From: a virus
Taxonomy: Duplodnaviria > Caudoviricetes
Length of the DNA: 64,000 nt
IMG/VR virus record: IMGVR_UViG_3300021400_000027
Location: 96,001-160,000 of that record
Reading direction: 5' to 3' (one strand)
Position 1 is the stretch's first letter. Every line of letters begins with the position of its first letter. The notes beneath the pieces are model-generated. The model ran no database searches. It saw only the letters and a program-made list of their open reading frames with translations, and was not told the DNA's origin. This document shows positions 1-11,826 of this stretch, piece by piece. The position numbers and the translations under genes are program-made.

Positions 1-149
1 ATGAGGAAGAGAGACGAATTGCTTATGTTGCGGCTACAAGAGCAGAAAACTCTCTTTATTGGTGCCCTGGAATTGTTTCTCCTCGTAAACAAGTCAATAA
101 AAAGGGAAACATTTTTGCACAAGGCAATACTAAAGTAATTGAATTTTAA
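1..149 (+). CDS. UvrD/PcrA-like SF1 helicase, C-terminal fragment (5' partial)
   Basis: Frame from nt 3 reads EEERRIAYVAATRAENSLYW (SF1 motif VI); TAA at 147-149. Confidence 0.8.
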   Translation, partial: EEERRIAYVAATRAENSLYWCPGIVSPRKQVNKKGNIFAQGNTKVIEF

Positions 150-631
150 TGGATTTTCCTAATTACTTACTTTATGAAGATGAGGATATAAGAATTGAGA
201 TTGATGGTATGGCACATTATTACATTGATACAATTGTAATTCCTCATATTAAGCCGCCAGAGGTCTTTCTTAATACTATTCTCCCTTTTATTATGAATTG
301 GCTTGAAAAGGAAGGATGGAATAAAGGAAAGAAACCTGTTAAATTTTGTGGACAAGCCCCTATCATTCAGCAAGGAAAATATGCTGTATTTTCTGAACCC
401 TTTTCTGTATTTGAGCCGGCGCAAGCTGTATTAGCAGAAGTTGGCTCTCTTAATGGTAAAGAGGAAGAAGTTGAAAGTCTTGTAAATGAGTGCTATGAAG
501 ATACTCTTGAAGAAGGAGAGCATTTCTATTGTAAAATTCTGAAAGAGGAAATCGAAGGCATTAAAGGTTATTTCATTTTTATTAACGAAAAAGAAATTAT
601 AATGATGACATGGGGTTTTGAAACGAATTGA
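149..631 (+). CDS. hypothetical protein
   Basis: 160-aa ORF coupled to upstream stop (TAATG). Confidence 0.7.
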   Translation: MDFPNYLLYEDEDIRIEIDGMAHYYIDTIVIPHIKPPEVFLNTILPFIMNWLEKEGWNKGKKPVKFCGQAPIIQQGKYAVFSEPFSVFEPAQAVLAEVGSLNGKEEEVESLVNECYEDTLEEGEHFYCKILKEEIEGIKGYFIFINEKEIIMMTWGFETN

Positions 632-733
632 TTATATTGTCCTAAAATCAATTCTACTTATAAATTACCAGTTTTTCTGGTGAAGCGTGATTCCTTTTCT
701 AAGACTTTTTAGTCATAAAAGGAGGAATTTTTA

Positions 734-1741
734 ATGAAGTTTGAAAAAATTATGACAGTTTTAGCAATAGCTTTAACCACAATCGTTTCGGTAGGTTGTA
801 TGGAAAAGGATGCTATTGCTGTGGGAGAACCGACAACAGAAAGTAGTATTGTATCTACAGTTGAGACAACTTCAACTTCAACTACTTCTACTTTTGAAAC
901 AACCACAAGTAGTGACACTACAACCACAACCAGTGAAACTACAAGTGGTGAAACCTCTGCCGCCACAACAGAGTTAGCCAGTAGTACTACTATTAATACT
1001 ACTACTAATGAAGTAAGTACTACTTGTCTGTGTGATACTAATTGTAGTTGCGCCGGCACAACAAGTTCAAAGGAAACCACTACAATGACTGTTGATGAGG
1101 TTAAACCTGAACCAACTGAACCTACAACTGCTGAAAAGGCAGAAGAAATTGTAGATGCTTTAATCACTAATGTAAGTGATTTTTTAGAATCAGTTGAGAC
1201 ACAAATAGAGACAGAAACAGAAAAAGAAACAAGACAAAGAGAATTTGTCGTTTACAAACCAAGCACATACTACGTTCATCGCTCAACTTGCCATTGGGTA
1301 GATTCAACTTGTTATGAAATTGAAGACACCAGTGGTCTTGAAGCTCGGAAATGTACAGAGTGTAATCCAGATATTGAGATTGTAACTCCATATGTTGTTG
1401 AGACTACGGCTGAACGGAATGAGAGGGCATCCAGTATGAGTGCAGATTATCTTGGAAATTTCCGTATTACTGGATACTATGGCGATAGTCAGACTGCCAG
1501 TGGTAAGACCCCAAAAACAAACCACACAATTGCTATGAATAATGCTCAACGTAAGGAATTAGGACTTTCTTATGGTGATGTAATTTACATTGATGGAGAT
1601 ACCATTAAAGGTTATTATACCGTTGAAGATTGCGGTTGTAAGTGGGGAGTAATTGATGTGTTCTGTAGCAGTGAAGCAGAGTGCTATCGCATTACTTCTT
1701 ATGCAGATGCTTATTCTAATGTTATTATAAATGAGAATTAA
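734..1741 (+). CDS. lipoprotein with Thr-rich linker and C-terminal 3D (MltA-type) cell-wall domain
   Basis: Signal peptide ending SVGC, T/S-rich tract, ITGY..TASG..TIA..YGD..VEDCG..IDVF; RBS AAGGAGG. Confidence 0.75.
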   Translation: MKFEKIMTVLAIALTTIVSVGCMEKDAIAVGEPTTESSIVSTVETTSTSTTSTFETTTSSDTTTTTSETTSGETSAATTELASSTTINTTTNEVSTTCLCDTNCSCAGTTSSKETTTMTVDEVKPEPTEPTTAEKAEEIVDALITNVSDFLESVETQIETETEKETRQREFVVYKPSTYYVHRSTCHWVDSTCYEIEDTSGLEARKCTECNPDIEIVTPYVVETTAERNERASSMSADYLGNFRITGYYGDSQTASGKTPKTNHTIAMNNAQRKELGLSYGDVIYIDGDTIKGYYTVEDCGCKWGVIDVFCSSEAECYRITSYADAYSNVIINEN

Positions 1742-1933
1742 CCCATAGAGTATGGGGCTTTGAAGATTGGCAACCTTCAATTTTAAAGGGAAACAAGAAT
1801 AAGAGCAACAAACAATATGGGAATCACGCAAATTTTAGGGTGGCGGCGCAACGTCACCCTTTTATTATTTATTTGATTTTTTTAAAAAATTGTGAGATAA
1901 TATAGGTACGATAAAAGAAAGAGGTGAAAGTAA

Positions 1934-2437
1934 ATGGTTTATGTAGCTTCGGACTTAAAAATTAAAGAGTCTGATGAAAGAGATTAGGATATTATTAGAG
2001 GTTGGAATTCTGTCATTACTGATGAAGATTGGGTTCTTTTAACTGGAATTATTACACCTTCAAAGGAGGCTGCAAGTGTTAAAAGAATTTTTGATACGCT
2101 GAAAGGAAAAAAGCGTATTATGGATATTTCTTTTAGGAACAGTGATGAGGTTGAACGTTTTAAATTTATAACTGGAAATCAGCCCTATCAAATTTCTGGG
2201 TTTGTTCCGGGCGTAATTCAAGGTGAAGAAGTTAATGTAGTATTGCCAATTAATGCTGATTAGCTTAAACGGGAAAAGGATAGAAAAAATTACTGTGCCG
2301 GCGCAGGGTCTTTATTAAATTAGGAAGAAGTTTATTAGGACAAATGTCTTGATATTAGTATTGATAGGTGGGGTTTTATACCTATAGTTTATACTGATAT
2401 TCCAGTTTTAATTAACAATATTTTAACTTATGATTAA
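1934..2437 (+). CDS. metallophosphoesterase-like protein, degenerate (TAG=Gln; absent from ORF track)
   Basis: Open from ATG 1934 to TAA 2435 when 4 TAG are read through; WNSVITDEDWVLLTG resembles phage calcineurin-like N-termini; promoter and RBS upstream. Confidence 0.6.
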
Positions 2438-2445
2438 AGGAGAAA

Positions 2446-2685
2446 TTGATTATGGAGTTATTTAAAATTTCTACGGTTGGAGAATTCTTTGGGCTATTAT
2501 TGCTCGCAATCGCAATTTGGTTTGCACTTACAACTTTTTATTTATGGCTTTGGAAAGTAATCGCTGTTGCAATTTTTGGACTTCCTCAGCTTTCATTTTG
2601 GCAGTTTGTTGGACTTGAATTACTTACAAGGTCATTAACTGCTCATAATGATATTGGTCAGTTTAAAATTAAGGAGCGTGAATAA
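2446..2685 (+). CDS. small membrane protein
   Basis: Hydrophobic ORF with RBS. Confidence 0.6.
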   Translation: MIMELFKISTVGEFFGLLLLAIAIWFALTTFYLWLWKVIAVAIFGLPQLSFWQFVGLELLTRSLTAHNDIGQFKIKERE

Positions 2686-2686
2686 T

Positions 2687-3373
2687 ATGGGAAAGGTTAT
2701 AATTAGAACTGATACTACCGACATTCCAATCACTATGATTGGAGAATATGCAGGCTTATGTTGGAATGCAAATACTACAGACCACTTTAAAAATTATAGA
2801 CGTGGTTTAGATTGTATTCGGTCAAATCATGGCAGAGCACTTGAATTTCCTCAAATTTATTTAGAACTTGATGGATATTCCGCAAAAGTAATTCGAGAGT
2901 TCTATACCCATATTGGAGGTGCACCGACTCGATTACAGTCATCTACTCGCTATGTTGATTATACTAATTTTAATTGTATTATGCCGCCAAGTATTGACTC
3001 TAATGCGAAAGCTCGTTGGATTTATTCTGACGTGATGGAGAATATTGCAAAAGCGATTTCTAAATTAGAAAAAATTGGTATACCCAGAGAAGATGCAACC
3101 ATGTTACTGCCGCTTGGCATGGAAACTAAAGTTGTGTGTCGTACCAATCTTCGTTCTCTTATTGATATGGCGGCGCAACGTAAGTGTAATAGAGCCTTTT
3201 GGGAATATAGACAATTGTTTAAAGACATTGAAGATGCTTTAGCTTTCTACTCTGATGAATGGGAATATTTAGTTAAAGAAGAAAAAATCTTTAAGACTAA
3301 ATGTGATATATTGGGCTATTGTCCTGAAAAGAGAGGATGTGGAAGAAAACCTAAAAAAGATGAACTGGAGTGA
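2687..3373 (+). CDS. thyX: flavin-dependent thymidylate synthase
   Basis: HGRALEF, REFYTH...QSSTRY, EDATMLLP, NLRSL, AFWEYR motifs; start moved to ATG 2687 after RBS AAGGAG. Confidence 0.85.
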   Translation: MGKVIIRTDTTDIPITMIGEYAGLCWNANTTDHFKNYRRGLDCIRSNHGRALEFPQIYLELDGYSAKVIREFYTHIGGAPTRLQSSTRYVDYTNFNCIMPPSIDSNAKARWIYSDVMENIAKAISKLEKIGIPREDATMLLPLGMETKVVCRTNLRSLIDMAAQRKCNRAFWEYRQLFKDIEDALAFYSDEWEYLVKEEKIFKTKCDILGYCPEKRGCGRKPKKDELE

Positions 3374-3378
3374 TGTAA

Positions 3379-4422
3379 ATGGACGGAAAGTTATATGGAT
3401 TTGATTTTGATATTCCAGATAATGACGCTATTTTTAAAGCTTTTTAGAAATGTAAGGTAATTTTAGAAAGACACAGTAATATACTCGTAAGTCTAAGTGG
3501 CGGTTCAGATTCAGATATTATGTTGGATATGATTGTGAAATGTAAAGCAGACAATAATAACATTCACTATGTGTTCTTTGATACTGGTCTTGAATTTGAT
3601 GCAACTAAGAGACACTTAGACTATTTGGAAGAAAAATATGGTATTAAAATTGAGAGAAGTAGACCCAAAATTCCTGTGCCGGCATCGGTTAAAAAAATGG
3701 GAGAACCTTTCTTTAGTAAAACTGTATCAGATTACATCTATCGTTTGCAATCCCATGACTTCCAGTGGGAAGATGAGCCATTTGACGTACTCTATGAACG
3801 TTATCCAAACTGTAAAACCGCTCTTCAATGGTGGTGTAATGAAAAGGGAGATGGCTCTAAATTTAATATAAAGAAAGCAAGTTGGCTTAAGCCCTTTATG
3901 GTTGCTAATCCTCCAGACTTTAAGATTTCTAATTATTGCTGTATCCATGCAAAAAAGAATTTATCTAAAGAATGGAAGAAGCATAATCAAATTGACCTTC
4001 AGTGTGTAGGTATTAGAAAAGCAGAGGGTGGCGCAAGAGCAACAATTAAATCTTGCTTTACTATGAAACCCGGAGAGACAGACGAATTTAGACCTGTATT
4101 TTGGCTTGTAAAAGAAGATAAGGAAGTTTATAATAAATTCTATGGAATTTAGCTCTCTGAATGTTATACAAAATATGGATTAAAAAGAACTGGCTGTACT
4201 GGCTGTCCATTCGCAAATGAATGGAAAAAAGAAGTTGAAGTAATTGATGAGTATGAGCCTAAGTTTTCTAAGGCTGTTCGTAATATTTTTAAAAACTCTT
4301 ATGCCTATACTTTAAAGTATGAAGCCTTTCGTGATGAGATGAATGAGAAGTATGGTTCTTGGGCAGCTTACTTAAGAGGAATAGAAGATGGCTCAATTGA
4401 ACCTATCAAAGGAGGAACTTAA
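3379..4422 (+). CDS. PAPS-reductase-family (PP-loop) protein (TAG=Gln)
   Basis: Reading through 2 TAG joins SLSGGSDS, FDTGLEF, CC, GIRKAEG and C-terminal RTGCTGCPF into one ORF. Confidence 0.85.
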
Positions 4423-4934
4423 TGCTTAAACCTGCAATTTTATATAAGGACCAACTGGAACAGAAATTTAAGGAAGTTTTCTATGACCTTAAATATCAAT
4501 ACTTTACTCATGGTTCAATGAATAATGTACCTGACATTCCTAATAACAATGAAAAATTTCATTGTTTTGCGTCAGTAGATGAGGATGGTAATGTTCTTGG
4601 CTACGTGTCTTACGGCGTTGATTGGGAAGCTATGACGACTGTTGGCTTTGGTGCAATTAGTTTTGTGCCGGGCGGCAGCGTCACCTACGCTTATGATTTA
4701 AGAGAAGCTATTGACAACATTTTTATGAAGTTTAATTTTAACCGAATTGAGTGGTGGGCTTATGCTGATAATCCTGCTATTAGAGGTTATGATGCTTTCA
4801 TTAAACGCTATGGCGGCAGCAGAGTAGGTTATCTCCATCAAAATGTGAAATTGCTTGATGGCAAGGTTCATGACTCTATAATCTATGAGGTATTGAGAGA
4901 AAATTATATTGCACATAGAAAAGGAGTGAAGTAA
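4422..4934 (+). CDS. GNAT (RimJ/RimL-like) acetyltransferase
   Basis: FNRIEWW..DNPA..Y...G...VG...DGKVHDSIIYEVLR pattern. Confidence 0.7.
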   Translation: MLKPAILYKDQLEQKFKEVFYDLKYQYFTHGSMNNVPDIPNNNEKFHCFASVDEDGNVLGYVSYGVDWEAMTTVGFGAISFVPGGSVTYAYDLREAIDNIFMKFNFNRIEWWAYADNPAIRGYDAFIKRYGGSRVGYLHQNVKLLDGKVHDSIIYEVLRENYIAHRKGVK

Positions 4935-5429
4935 ATGGATTGGGTAAGTGATATGGAGAAGAAAGAACTTGAACAGCACATTAATTCTGTTATTAGCCTT
5001 GTCCAGAATATGCAAAAAAGAGATGAGGAAAAGAGCAGAAAAATTCAAGGTTTAAAAGAAGAATTGGAACAAAATAAAACTGCAAGAGAAGTCCAGCTTG
5101 AAGCTGAAATCCAAGCTTTGAAAAGTGAATTGGCAGAATGGAAGCGTGGAGAATTTCTCTATGGTTTTGACCCAGAAGAAAGAAAAATTGTAGGTAAGTG
5201 GTTTCAAAAACATTATGAAGAAAATCAAATAAATGACGGAAAACTTAGAAAGGCAGCACCACATTCTCATGTGACCTATTCTATTGACATACATCCTGAA
5301 GTTTTGATTAAGTCTGCTAAGTGCGCAACTTGTGGCAAAGAACTGGTTATGTATGATGGTATTGGGGCTATGTGGGAGTATGATAAGGAAGGTAATAAAA
5401 AGAAAATCAATGTGAGGGATTTAAATTGA
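4935..5429 (+). CDS. hypothetical protein (coiled coil, CxxC)
   Basis: ORF track, RBS AAGGAG. Confidence 0.6.
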   Translation: MDWVSDMEKKELEQHINSVISLVQNMQKRDEEKSRKIQGLKEELEQNKTAREVQLEAEIQALKSELAEWKRGEFLYGFDPEERKIVGKWFQKHYEENQINDGKLRKAAPHSHVTYSIDIHPEVLIKSAKCATCGKELVMYDGIGAMWEYDKEGNKKKINVRDLN

Positions 5430-6493
5430 TGATAGTAATTGCAATTATTGTGGGGGCTATTAGTGGGGTATTATCTTATTACCTCATTAATAAAGCTCCT
5501 TCTAATATTGACGAATTAAGAGAGACATTTAACAAAAATTAGAATTAGGCAATTAAAGGCTTAATTGAAAAGAAAGATACATGTGAGAAAGAGATGACAG
5601 AAGAAATTCAGCAAAAAATCCAAGACCTTAATAAGGCTCTTGATGAGAGATAGAGTTATTATAATCAAGAAAAGGGTAGGCTAAATGAAGAATTAAGTAG
5701 GGCTATTGAAGAGCATGAAAAAGAAGTTAAACATTTAGCTAATGAATATGAAGATATTAAAAGGAAATGGGTTGAAGCTGAATCTAAAGAACAGCAAGAA
5801 ATGAGAAAGAAAACTTTAGATGAGATTAAAGCATATGAAGATGAGAAAAATGCAGAAATTGAAAAGCTAAAGGTTGCTTATGGACATAAGGAGAAAGGTT
5901 TAACCGAAGATTTTTTAGCCTACAGCGCAGAGATAGATTTGAAAAGGGCGGAATTGACTAAAGAAATTGAAGCCTATGAGAACTAGAAGTCTGCGCTTAT
6001 TGACAGAATTAAAAAAGAGAATGAGGTTAAAAGTTAGATTGATTTCTATCATATTAACCTTGATGCGCCGGCACGGCATGATTTAGAGCAACTTAGAAGT
6101 CTTGCTATGTCTTTCTCTAAGCCAACTGTAATTTATAAGGTAATTTGGGAATCTTTTTATAAAACTCCAATGGAAGCCTTGTTTAAAAAAGTTTTAGGTG
6201 AGAACTTGAATAAGGGTGGAATTTATAAGATTACAGATTTGACTACTGAGAAATCATATATAGGAAGAACCGTAAATTTTTAGGAGCGTTGGCGTACTCA
6301 CGCAAAGAGAGGCTGCGGCATTGATAAGATTAATGGACTTCTTTATGATGAAATGATGAAGAAGGGCTTAGAAAATTTTACCTTTGAAGTGATTGAGGTT
6401 TGTGGGAAAGATAGACAGCCGGCGCAAGAAAAATATTGGATTAAGTACTATCGTTCTGATGAGTACGGATTTAATTAGAATAAAGGGGGTTAA
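5429..6493 (+). CDS. membrane-anchored coiled-coil protein with C-terminal GIY-YIG nuclease domain (TAG=Gln)
   Basis: One frame 5429-6493 with several TAG; N-terminal TM helix; GIYKITDLTTEKSYIGRT...RWRTH...EKYWI...GFN. Confidence 0.75.
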
Positions 6494-6497
6494 ATAA

Positions 6498-7088
6498 ATG
6501 GAAGCTCTTGATATAAATGGATTAAGAGAACTTTGGAATAGAATTGATAGTAGAGATACTTAGGTCTTATAGGTTCTTGATATGATTATGAGAGAAGGGT
6601 CTGATAATTTATTTTCTCTTCAAACTGCAACTGCCGGCGTAGGGTATACTATTAATTGGGAAGGAGGCGTTATTGAAGTAAGTGCAGATGGTTCTCAGAG
6701 AGGCGGGAATCCAGTTATTTTAAATTCTAATTTTAGTTTACCTGCAGGAGACTATTTTTTAAGTGGCTGTCCTAATGGTGGTGGAAGTTTAACATATTAC
6801 TTAGATTTATAGTATTATGATGCTGAAAATGACACATATGTGAGAGCAGTGCCTTAGCCAGATTATGGTCGTGGGAGAGAATTTACTTTGGAATCTACTA
6901 CAACTCTTAGAATGATTTTTATTGTGCCGGGTGGTGGCGTATTTAATGGTTTAATTGTGAAGCCAATGATTAAAAGTTTAAGTGCAGATTCAACAATTTA
7001 TGTACCTAAATTTGATTCACTTTATGAAATGTAGAAGAAGATTGATGACTTAGAAAATAGAATAGCTGTATTGGAGGGCTCTAATTGA
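6498..7088 (+). CDS. virion fibre-associated protein (TAG=Gln)
   Basis: N-terminus MEALDINGLRELWNRI shared with fibre genes; YFLSGCP motif; TGA at 7086. Confidence 0.6.
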
Positions 7089-7180
7089 AAAAATTAGAGT
7101 CCTCTTTTTGTATATTTACATTAATTTCAGATAGGCAAGAAATTGCCCAAATTTTTTTATTTTAAAGGAGTTGATTTTTA

Positions 7181-8164
7181 ATGGCGACAAAGACATATTT
7201 GGATACTGCTGGCTTACGAGCATTATGGGGCATTATTAATACAAGAGATACTGCAACTCAAACAAAAATTGCTACTCTTATTGGTAATGTATCAGGCGAT
7301 AACGAAAAATCCGTAAGAGAAATTTCCGCAGAAGAAGTTGCAAAAATTGTTGCAGGTGCAGACGAAAATTATGACACCTTAAAAGAAATCGCAGATTGGA
7401 TTAAAGATGATACAACTGACGCAGCTAGAATGGTAAGTGACATTAACAGCTTAAAAACTACTGTAGGTGATTCTACAAGCGGTCTTGTAAAAGATGTTGA
7501 TGATTTACAAGGTACTGTAGGCGATTCTACAAGTGGTCTTGTAAAAGATGTTAATGATTTAAAAACTGCAGTTGGAGATTCTAATAGTGGTCTTGTAAAG
7601 CAAGTTGCTGATTTAGAAGCTGCATCTGAGGATTATTTAACAGAAGAAGATTTAGGTAATGATGGTACTGGACAGGGTGCTACAAGAAGTGGTATCAAGG
7701 GAGATATTGAAGATTTAAAGGATGACGTGAACGCTCTTGAAACTACAGTTGGAGATTCTAATAGTGGTCTTGTAAAAGATATTGCTGATATTAATACTGA
7801 GATTGGTGGTGACGCTAATTATAATGGTGCTACAGGTGTAAATCCTACTGCTCCCGGCAGTGGAATTAAGGGTAGAATTTCTGTCCTTGAACATGGTTTA
7901 GGTCAAGTTACCGATGCAGTCCTTCCTATTGCAAATACCTTAACAGTTGTGAAAGGTGCATTAGGTACTCAAGATGATTTAAATTCTGCAACTTATACGG
8001 GTGCAAATGCTCAAAATACAAAGACTGCTTTTGCAAGAATTAAAGCGTTAGAAGAAATTAATGCAAGTGCAGATACAATTGAAGCAATTCCTACAGCTGC
8101 AAGCGACCCTGCAACTGGAGATTCTGTTGCTGAAATTTGCGTATTCACATACGGACAATCCTAA
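7181..8164 (+). CDS. fibre protein with VGDS(T/N)SGLVK(D/Q) repeats
   Basis: YLDTAGLRALW N-terminus, YDTLKEIADWI motif, four heptad-like repeats. Confidence 0.7.
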   Translation: MATKTYLDTAGLRALWGIINTRDTATQTKIATLIGNVSGDNEKSVREISAEEVAKIVAGADENYDTLKEIADWIKDDTTDAARMVSDINSLKTTVGDSTSGLVKDVDDLQGTVGDSTSGLVKDVNDLKTAVGDSNSGLVKQVADLEAASEDYLTEEDLGNDGTGQGATRSGIKGDIEDLKDDVNALETTVGDSNSGLVKDIADINTEIGGDANYNGATGVNPTAPGSGIKGRISVLEHGLGQVTDAVLPIANTLTVVKGALGTQDDLNSATYTGANAQNTKTAFARIKALEEINASADTIEAIPTAASDPATGDSVAEICVFTYGQS

Positions 8165-8183
8165 TTGACGGAGGTGAGACCAG

Positions 8184-10415
8184 ATGGCAGACTATAAATT
8201 CTTAGACGCAGACGGTCTCCAAGCCGTCTGGTCTATTATTGATGCTGAGAAGGTTGGAAAGAAAGAGAGAAGAGTAAGTGATAACGCTCCTCTTGGAGAA
8301 GTTTTTAATACCTATAGCACAAATAATTGGGAAGCTAATACGGCAAGTGCTGCCGGCTCTCATGCAGAAGGATAGCATACAACTGCAAGCGGATAGGCTG
8401 CTCATGCACAAGGAATAGATACAGTTGCAAGTGGTGTTGCATCTCATGCAGGTGGACAAAATACTACTGCAAGTGGTAATTATTCTATGGCTATTGGCCA
8501 AGGTACAGAGGCTAGTTCTGGTGGTTCTTTAGCTATGGGTGTTGGTACATGGACCGATAGTGCAGATGGAGCATTAGCACTAGGTAAATATAATAAGAAA
8601 GATGCATATAATTTCTTAATTGCTGCAGGTAATGGTACTGCGGCGGATGCACGTTCAAATGCGTTTACTGTTTATTCAAATGGTAATACTGAAATTGGCG
8701 GCAACGGAACAATTAGTGGTACATTAAGTGTTACTGGTGCAGGTACATTTAGCAGTAATTTAAGTGTAACTGGAACTGTTACTGCCGGCAGTATTTCAAT
8801 GATGTAGAGTGGAATTGCTACACCATTATCGAGTATTTTTGTTAGCTAGGTTGCCGGCAAAGGTTTGAGTACAGAAGATTTTACTGCTGCTCATAAGACT
8901 GCACTTGATGACTATATGGATAATAATTATGGCTCATTACTTTCAAACGTACAAACACTTGATGATTATTAGAGTAATGGTTATGTAAGTGCAAATAGTG
9001 AGAAATTAGTAAATGCCGGCTATGTAAATGAGTTTATTACTGATGCTACAAGTGGTTTTGTTGAAGAAGAAAGCGGTAAAGGATTAAGTACAAATGATTT
9101 TACTAATGCTTATAAATCTTTACTTGACACATATAATAGTAGCTATGTTAATTCGTTAGATACTTATGTAGCTAACTATGAATCTATTTTAGCAGATATT
9201 AAAAATAAAGATGATTATGCTTCTAATTATAGCTCTCAATTTGATGGAAAGTTAATTACTGCGGATTATTTAAATTCTGCACTTGAAGATAAAGTACCTT
9301 ATCATTTAAATGATAGTGATTTTATTGATAATGGCGGATATTACTCTGGAAATTCAGATGACCCAATTACTGCAGGTTATTTGAATGAATATATTACGAA
9401 CGCAACTTATGGTAAGTTGGGTAGTGCGAATGTATTGAATGGTACTTATGCAAATAATTATGTTGCTTCTACTTAGCAAAATAAATTAGTTACAGCAAGT
9501 TATGTACAAGTTAAAGCTAATACACTAAGTTCAAGAATTTCTTCATTGGAAAATGCTTCAACTGGAAAAGATAGTGGAAATATGCTTTAGCCTGGATATG
9601 AATAGTGGTATGAAGGTGATGAGTATTCCGGCAGAAGACAGAGTGATCATTATATTCCAGTCATTTCTAGAGAGGGTTATTTATATCCAAATAAAAATTG
9701 GCATATTTATTTTAGAACAGAGCCGGGAAATTAGGTAGAATTTACTATATGTGATAATAATAAAAATGCTTGTGGAGGAGCAATAATTAAGACTGCTGAT
9801 AGTTATGGTATAATAGACTTTGCGGTAACATTTGGAAGTCCTCGACAAAATCCTCCAATGTGGATTAATACTACGAATGAAGATGATGATTATAATTATG
9901 AAATGTATTATCTTAAATTTAAACTTTCTGTTAATAGTTTATATTCATCTTCATAGGTTTATGAATATGCTTTTTATGATTCTAGTTCTTATTATTTATC
10001 AGATGTAAACACTTTTAATGGTGGAGTTTATGCAGGAAATAAAGTTAATAATTTAATTAAATAGCTTTAGTTCCCATTTAAACGTCTGTTTGGTATCACC
10101 CCTGGTGAATTTGAAGATTAGGGATATTATGATGAAGGATAGTTTTCAGATTATAATGAACTTAATGAAATAGGCATATATGCTATATATGATGCTGAAA
10201 ATCCTGATAATAATCCAACTTTTGATAGTGAAGATGTAGCTATTGCCCCTGGTGAGTAGGTTTTATTAATTGTATTTCCGCCTTTAAGTATGTTTTTAAC
10301 ACAAGTAATGATTGTTGAAGATGTAATTTATATAAGAAGATTACATTATGATGATACTAATAATGCTTGGAGTTCTGCTGGTTGGAAAAAAATAACTACG
10401 ACTTCAGCATCATAA
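8184..10415 (+). CDS. long tail-fibre / receptor-binding protein, about 743 aa (TAG=Gln)
   Basis: Single frame with about 14 TAG and no TAA/TGA; SHAEG/TASG adhesin-head-like repeats, RSNAF, two GKGLSTxDFT motifs. Confidence 0.8.
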
Positions 10416-10439
10416 TTAATTTAAAAGTGAGGTGATAAG

Positions 10440-11360
10440 ATGGTAAACAAGGAAACAATTTGGCAATTCCTTAAATCTGCCGGGCTGTCCAATGCCGGCG
10501 CAGCAGGTTTAATGGGGAATCTTGAAGCTGAATCTGGTTTTAATCCAAAGAACTTAGAAGATTCTTTTGAAGAAAAACTTGGCTTTACTGATGAAACCTA
10601 TACAACCGCTGTTGATGAAGGGGAATATGACCATTTCTCTAATGACGGTGCAGGTTATGGGTTAGCTTAGTGGAGCTACTATACTAAAAAATTAGCACTT
10701 CTAAGCTATTCTAAAATTAAAGATAAATCCATAGGCAATCTTGACTTATAGTTAGGATTCCTGAAAAAAGATATGGAAAAACACTTCAATAAACTTTGGA
10801 ATTTCCTTAAGACAACAGATAGTATTTATGAAGCTACTGTAGAGGTTCTAACAAAATATGAGGCTCCGGCAGATTAGTCAGATTCTGTAAAGGACAAACG
10901 TTATGAACTTGCAAAAGCAATTTATAATGAGTTTGTTAGAGAAGAAGAAAAGACTAAAAAAGTTGAGGACGAAATTAAAACTGAGGAAACTAAATTTGAT
11001 GAAGAAGAGATTAAAAAAGAATCTAAACCAAAATCTGAACTCACTCCTGTTGCGCCGGCTCCCATTAAAATTAACAACAATCCTCAATATGTAAATGGAA
11101 TTGCAACAGAAATTGTTAATGGAATTTGGGGAAATGAGTGGAAAGAACCAGTAACCTCAAAAATTGAAGATGTCGTTGAAGGAATTCGTGCAACTGCTGG
11201 TGAGTCGGAACAATACTATAAAGTAGTAGCCGGTGATACATTAACAAAAATCGCAAATCGTTTTGGTACAACGGTTGAAAAAATTATTCATGATAATTCT
11301 ACAATTTATCCTACAATTGTTAAGTCCTATCTTAACGTAGGTTGGGTATTAAAAGTTTAA
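10440..11360 (+). CDS. phage tail lysozyme domain plus LysM (TAG=Gln)
   Basis: GAAGLMGNLEAES, GYGLA(TAG)W, YEAPA; C-terminal YKVVAGDTLTKIANRFGTTV LysM. Confidence 0.85.
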
Positions 11361-11381
11361 TTTTAAAGGGGAGGTGTTTCA

Positions 11382-11801
11382 ATGCCAGATTATTCTTATA
11401 TTCATATAGGTCGTGGTAGAATTTATTCCGATCTTAATAAAGGCTCAGATTCTACTATCGAAGCGTCCTATCTGAATCCTAAATTAAATAAGGTCGAGGT
11501 AGGAGATATTGACTCTGCAACCCTTGCTGAATTAAAGCAACGCCTCTCCACTATTGAATAGAACTCTGGTGATAATGCTGAAATTCAGAACTTAATTAAT
11601 CAAATCGAATCAATTCTTTCTAAGTCAAATTTAACTTAGGAAGATGTTGATTAGATTAAAAATTTAATTACTCAAATAGAAAACAAAGGCGGAGAAGTCA
11701 CAGAGGAATTTAAAGATAAACTCAATTAGCTAGCTGATTCAATTGAAATTGAGGAAAGTGAAATCGAACCTATTCCTTTGGATGTAATCTGGTCTTTATA
11801 A
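11382..11801 (+). CDS. coiled-coil virion-type protein (TAG=Gln; absent from ORF track)
   Basis: RBS GGAGGT, open to TAA 11799 with TAG read-through. Confidence 0.6.
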
Positions 11802-11826
11802 TAAAATTAAAAAGGAGTTGATTTTA

